A DNA stretch of 64,000 nt from the human T2T-CHM13v2.0 reference genome, Homo sapiens: the NCBI RefSeq assembly GCF_009914755.1, contig NC_060937.1, one strand, 5' to 3'. Shown here in pieces: positions 57,840 to 64,000 of this stretch. The position numbers and the translations under genes were made by a program. The notes beneath the pieces were generated by a model. It was not told the origin of the DNA. It did not search any database and was given only the letters and a program-made list of their open reading frames with translations. Numbering within the stretch: position 1 is the first letter of the stretch; each line of letters begins with the position of its first letter.

Positions 57840-59400
57840 CAGCATTTAACAATTGATCCTTATCTTTGAGACATTCATCACTTGCATTCCTGGATAACAC
57901 ACTCCTCAGCTTATCTATCTACTCTATTGGTCACTCACTTTCAAACTCATTTTCAAATCATTGATTCTTCCTCATCTCCCTGATTTCTTAATATTTTACT
58001 GCCCCAAGGCTTAGTGTTTGAACTTCTGTTCTCTATTTACATTCACTCCCTTGGTGAGTTCTTTCAGTCTCATGGCTTTAAAGAACATTTGTTAATGAAT
58101 CCCAAGCTTGTATTTCCTGGTAGGAGCTCTCCATTGAACTCCAGTCTTATCATCTACGTGGATATTTAATAGACATCTCAAACTGAATCTAATATCATCT
58201 GAGCTTCCCTCCCAAACTGATTGCTTCCCCATCTTAGTCACTGGCAACTTCAAGTTGCTCAGTCCCTAAATTTTACGGTTGTCCTTTACTTTCTCTCTCA
58301 CCCCAAATATTGGAATTGTTTGGAAATCCTGTTGGTTCTACCTTCAAAATATATCTAGAATCTGTCATTGCTTATGAGCCCCATCCTCCTCCAAACCACC
58401 ATTATTTCTTAACTAGTTTCCCTCATTGTGCCTTAGCACCTACAGACTATTCACACAGAGCACCCAGAGAAATCCTTTAATCATGCTAGCTCCCTGCTCA
58501 AAACCTCCTAATGTCTTCCCCTTTTACTCATAGTCAGGACCCAGAAACTTCAACGGCCTACAAGACTCTACACCAGTGGCCCCCAACCTTTTTGGCACCA
58601 GGGACCAGTTTTGTGGAAGACAATTTTCCCACTGACTGGGGAGGTGGGGTGGGGGCTGTGTGGGGGTGTGAGATGGTTTCAGGATGAAATTATTCTATCT
58701 AAGATCATCAGGCATTAGATTCTTACAAGGAGCGCACAACCTAGATCCCTTGCATGCGCAGTTCACAATAGGGTTCACACTCCTATGAAAATGTAATGCT
58801 GTGGCTGATCTGACAGGAGGTGGAGCTCAGGCAGCAATGCTTACTTGCCCACCACTTACCTCCTGCCGTGCGGCCCAGTTCCTAACAGGCCAGGAGCCAA
58901 TACTGGTCTGCGGCCTGGGAGTTGGGGACCCCTGCTCTGCACAACCTGCTTCTCACCACCCCCTTCACTTTGCCCCTACTCCAACCCACAGTGTAACCTC
59001 TTTATCTCACCTCCTCCTACTTCCCTCTTATTCAATCTTCCCCACTACGCTTCTTTAAAGATGAAGAGGCATGTTTCTAGACTCTGGGCCTTTAAACCTA
59101 CTATTCCTTTTGTCTAGAACTCTCTTCTTCCAGGTACCTGTTCTCCTCTTCACCTCTCTAAAATCTTTGTTTAAATATCCCCCTTTCAATTAGACAATCC
59201 CTGCCTGCCTTATTTTAAATTGCAGTCTTATTCCCTCTTGTTTCTCACCTTCTAATTTAAGATATAATTATTTATTTTGCTTATTGTCTATCTTCCTGGA
59301 TCAGAATGTAAGCTTTTGAGAACAAGAATTTGTGGGTATTTTTGGTCACTGCAGTATCCCCAATAGGAGGCACATGATATATATTTGTTGAATGAATAAT
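57840..59400 (+). mobile_element. L2 element, interrupted by MER1B
   Basis: ctctatttacattcactcccttggtga, ctaccttcaaaatatatc and 3' tail atatttgttgaatgaat. Confidence 0.8.
58574..58934. mobile_element. MER1B (hAT-Charlie), full length
   Basis: TIRs cagtggcccccaac / gttggggacccctg; 8-bp TSD ctct(a/g)cac. Confidence 0.92.
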
Positions 59401-60200
59401 ATGCTTAGTGTAGTACTTGGTATATACTAGATAGATAATAGGTATACAAAAACATTAGGCTCCTTTCTATTGGTATTGTATAGATTAACTTAGACCTTTA
59501 GAATGATCACTAATTGAAGCACAATCTGTCTTCTGATATATGTGTTTTGTTTGGAATTATTTTTAGCCTGACTCCGGGCATCTGTGCTTGTCACTAGTAC
59601 AATCTTAGTGTACTAATCCATAGTAAATGACGGATAGAACTTGAGCATCATTAGATACTGATGGATCTCACTGTATTCCCTTTGGTGTATTTACATGACT
59701 GTCTCTACCAAAAAACGTCATTCGGGTCTCAGATACAATGTCGTCTCCTAAAAGGAAATATCTCAGCACTCTTTTTAATACCATTCACCTCAATTCCTCC
59801 TACCCCATCTACATCACTCCCTTGGACATTACTCTGTTTCTATATGTAACAATTATCATTACCTGAAACTGGCATGTTCATTTGTTGGTTTACTTGTCTA
59901 TCTCCCCAAAATGAGTGTAAGCTTCATAACAAAGAATCATCTGACCTCAGATGTCAATAGTGTCGAGGTTGAAAAACCCTGACTTACCTGTTTCTAGAGG
60001 TATAGGTCATGTTGAAGTCTCTAGAGAAAAGAAGATATTAGCCTGCCTTTGTAGTACTGATAAAATGCAACTCCTGACCCATCCCTCCAGCTCCTCTCCT
60101 TGATCATCATGAAAGCACATCTTTTCAGTTATAGGTTTCTAATCACTCTTGCCTTTCATGTAAGTCATTCCTCACATAATTGTAGCCTGGTGTGCATTAC

Positions 60201-60400
60201 CTGCTGCTCATGGAGAACCACTTGACCTTTGAGAGGACTTCCCAGCGGTGCCACTGTCACAAAAGGGTGCCAAACGCCATTGGCTGTTCTTGGGAAGATA
60301 TCAAAAAAGTCCACAAAGAAGCCACTTTTCCCAGTCATATTCATAAAGTACAGGGAAGCGGGATTGCATGTAACTACATAGAGAGTATTTTGCTCATTTT
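60201..60400 (-). CDS. VWA8: VWA8 coding exon B (200 nt): ENEQNTLYVVTCNPASLYFMNMTGKSGFF...KGQVVLHEQQ
   Basis: catttcag acceptor, CAG|gtaatg donor, phase 1 to 0, no stops. Confidence 0.93.
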
Positions 60401-60993
60401 CTGAAATGACAAAAAGGTGTTAATTTTGTGGCTGGCAACCAATTCTCTAATTGGCCAAGAGGTCTAGTGAAAACTGAATCATGAATACACAGCTGGAACA
60501 GAGTTGGAACTCAGCAGATGATTTGTATCATGGCTTGATTAGGCTGAAAAGACCATGAGAAACAACTTAGTTTTGACCCTAAATGTAGATAAGGTCACAC
60601 CTACCTACTTGAAAAAATTGGTTATCTATTTGTTCCCCAAAGAATGTCATAATATCTTGTGATAAAACCATTAAATATTAAACAATCCTCAATGTCAGGA
60701 AATTCTTCCTTGTATGACAGTAACGTGCTTAGTGCTACAGTGAAGGTCTGTTCTCTTGTTGGTTCAGATGGACACCAGTTGGTCAATGTCTTCTATCTGC
60801 TAATCTTGCATTTTCCAGATAGTTACTAGCTCTTTAAGATCTTCTTGCTGTAAATAAGTAATTCCATTTAAAAAATCTTAGCTCTATGGATCTTATTTTC
60901 CAAATTTTTGTTCATATTTGAGTATTTCTTACTATAAAATCTCTGTCTTTTCAATCTGGGTACCTAAGTCCATTTCCTTCCATTTGAAGAAGT

Positions 60994-61160
60994 CAGTGCT
61001 TCTTCAAATTTCAAGTGCCTATGAATCACCTGGGGATCTAATAAAACTGCAGACTCTGCTTCAGGAGGTTTGGGGTGGGGTTTCAGATTCTGCCTTTCCA
61101 GCAAACTCCCAGGAGAGGCTAATGCTGCTGGTTTGAGATCCTCCCTTTTGAGTAGCCAGG
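60994..61160. mobile_element. MER5-type hAT-Charlie element
   Basis: cagtgcttcttcaaa...gaatcacctgggg...tttgagtagccagg. Confidence 0.8.
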
Positions 61161-62521
61161 CTCTGGACTAAGTTTCTCATAATCTCTTATGTGGGCACCG
61201 CTGAAGCAAGGGATTAAGCTACTTTTGCATAATAAATGGTATCAGCATCACCTATCACCCAGGTATCTATTTTACAACAGTCATATTTTCCAAACCCCAA
61301 ATTAAGACATGAGATATGACAATAAGATACGTCATTTAAATTTGGGACTACCCTGGAAAATCTGGAACACTATGTGTGTCTGTGTGTGTATGCATCATAT
61401 CTATTTATTATATATAATGATATATTATACATATCACACATATTATATATAAAGATACAGTAAATTTAAATAAATAAGTGAACTGATAAGAAACACAAGT
61501 CAACAGAAGGACTGAAAAAGACCTATTTTTTTAGGAGACAATGCAAACTGTAGATGTTAGTTTCAATTATCAGATGGAACCACAGAATTTATAATTTATG
61601 GATCTTTCATAATGCTTCCATTATCAACACAAATAAGTTCTATTCAACATTTATGGCATAATATAGGGCACTGGGAATACAGTAAAAGTGTTAACAGAAA
61701 TGTACTTAATAAACTCTTTAACTGTTTTCTCTTTTTGCAGGCATTAAATGCAGTTCAGTCTTTGTCTTAAACATACAGATACAAGATTTATATTTATCTT
61801 TTACCAATTTAAGAAAAACTGTAAATTTTTAAAAGCACATATTTTTATTTAAAATAGCAGATTTGTGGAATAAACTACATCAATAGAACTTATAGGCATA
61901 AAGACAAGATACCAATTTTTGTCTCAACAATTCTCATCTTATCAAGTTAGAGACTCTCCCCCTTCCCCCAGCCACCACTTCTGTTTTTATCACCTTAGTA
62001 ACTGACAGCAGTTGAGGAACTTCTGCCAAAATGTACCCAGGGTCCACTGCATGAATCAGTAGGTAATGGCAACAGTCCAGAAGTGTGGATGCCAAAAATT
62101 CACATTCTTTATTTGCCATCCTTTACAATTAGAAGTTTAATGACTGCAAATCACTCCAGCCCTACTTTCATGGTTCATGTAATCACCAAACTGGAATCCC
62201 AGCCAAAAAACCCAATGTTTCTCCTTTTTATTTTTCCCTTCTATTTTTAGCACATGCCTGGGTGTGTTTAACTTTGTGCTACAATTGTAATGAGAAACAG
62301 ACATATGCATACAAACTCAGGAGTGCTTATGTGGATTCCACAATAGCATTTTTTTAGGTTGTTAGAGGAAATTAGTTCTAAATTACATATAATTGCTATC
62401 CAATCCAAGAATGACAGACACCAAGTCTATCATAAACTTTTTGATGTCTAGAGATTATTTTAATCCGTCTTTTAAAAAAACATGTGCAGGAAGGAAAGAT
62501 CAAAAGAATAAGCAGACATAC

Positions 62522-62660
62522 CATGTGATGTAGCAATGTCACAGATTATATTAATTTCATCCAATGGTATTCTCCATGAGGCACATTCTTCAGTAAAGTT
62601 TAGGGATCTTTCTTCATGTCTTTCTATTGGATACTCCTGTATATTTATAAGTGCTGGACC
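62522..62660 (-). CDS. VWA8: VWA8 internal coding exon A (139 nt, phase 0 to 1): GPALINIQEYPIERHEERSLNFTEECASWRIPLDEINIICDIATSH
   Basis: Acceptor ttattatag and donor G|gtatgt read by hand; open frame continues into the next exon; peptide recognised as VWA8. Missed by the ORF track. Confidence 0.93.
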
Positions 62661-63374
62661 CTATAATAAAGCAGTTATCTCAGTTAAGATATTTTGGTTG
62701 TCACCAAAATGTAGAAAAGCTAAAGTTCTTCCAAAATATAAACTTTAACATTCAAGTATTTAATATCCTGCTATACCTTTTTTCAATTTATTGACAGGCT
62801 TAGTACTCATAACAGTAATAGTATCACACACTTGCACTTATAAATGCTTTCACATGTGCTATCTTATTTAATTTCTCATTTTTTCTTTTTACTCACAAAA
62901 TATACCAGATGTAAAATCCTATAGCATTTCTCATTTCTTCATTCCTTCCTAAGGCGAGAGCCAGTTTTGAACTCCAAGTATCAGGACGCAGAGCTGTCCA
63001 AACCAGGAGAATAATTCGCAAATGAATGAGCCAGAGCCTGATGCATTTCCATTGTGAAGAAGGATTTTTATGTCATTACACAGAAATGTAATGGTTAAAC
63101 CTGGGTATTTTAAATTAAATGCAAAACATGTGGCATTTGAAATTTTTTAAAAAACCAAACTTACTGATAACCACTAGTGGTGACTTATGAAGGATAGAGT
63201 ATTTCACACATGGTGATAATTATTCAATATAAATATAAGCAGAGGAGCTAATTTAATAATGTTAAGAATATTAGTTCTGGGTACTTAGATATGACTTCTT
63301 GAAAGAATGCTATAAATGTAAGCAAAAACCAGTGATTTGCATGCCCTACAGTCCTTAATTAATCAAAAATGTTT

Positions 63375-64000
63375 GGACTAGATATTGGCATCCATGTCCC
63401 CCGCCCACCACCCCTCTTCTATCTAGTCTATATCTTGAGGGCTAGGGAGTAAGAAACTGCATTTCTCATACTCTCTTTAAAAAGGGTTCTGGAAATGATT
63501 TAGGTTTTGCCAATTAAATGCACTTGAATGAGATTTGGAAGGCAGAAAAGAGGTAGTGGCCATCTTCCTGCAGTGATAGCAGACAAGGAGGCTCTGACAA
63601 AAATGAACAGTTGGATTACCACATGTCTGGGTGTGTTTCACTTTGTCCTACTGTAAGGGTTGACAAACTATGGCCTCCAGGCCAGGTCTGATCCACAGCC
63701 TGTTTTTTTTGTAAATAAAATTTTGGTGAAACACAGCCACTTCCATTTGTTTACGTACTGCCATGGCTGATTTTGCACTATACGGCAGAGTTGAGTGGTT
63801 GCAACAGAATCTGTAGGGCCACAAAGCCTAAAATATTGACTCTGTGGTCCTTTAGAGAAAATGTTTGCTGACACTGCTCTACTGTGCTGCCCTCAGCAGC
63901 AGGGATGACAGCAGAAGCAGAAATACTGATCTTGAAATTACAAGTCCAGTGTTGCCCCTCAACTTCTGTTCCTGCTGCCCTTTCTAATGATTTTACAAGC
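63375..64000. mobile_element. LTR33-like ERVL LTR interrupted by MER58A
   Basis: aaactgcatttctca...ggttctgga...gccaatta.atgcac...gagatttggaaggcaga; boundaries approximate. Confidence 0.6.
63654..63876. mobile_element. MER58A (hAT-Charlie)
   Basis: gggttgacaaactatggcc...aaagcctaaaatatt...gtttgctgacactg. Confidence 0.88.

Overview
This window is human genomic DNA, not prokaryotic: it is AT-rich, carries Alu, L1, L2, MIR and MER repeats, and includes a human-specific AluYb8. It lies inside the VWA8 (KIAA0564) gene on the minus strand. Ten consecutive internal coding exons (62660 down to 32075) have canonical AG/GT boundaries and splice into one open frame of 1386 nt (462 codons, GPALINIQEYP...GQDDRNMQ), which I recognise as the VWA8 region between the AAA+ modules and the C-terminal VWA domain. 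Positions 1-32074 belong to one long intron; the next exon was not seen in the window. The rest is interspersed repeats, and repeat subfamily names come from memory of the consensus sequences. I found no new multi-gene system. The best second-look items are: twin back-to-back hairpins built from a rearranged Tigger4 element (24861-25115), a candidate 33-nt poison micro-exon (59988-60020), a possible intronic-polyadenylation isoform lacking the VWA domain, a frame-symmetric exon block flanked by inverted Alus, and several template-switch or atypical insertion scars.
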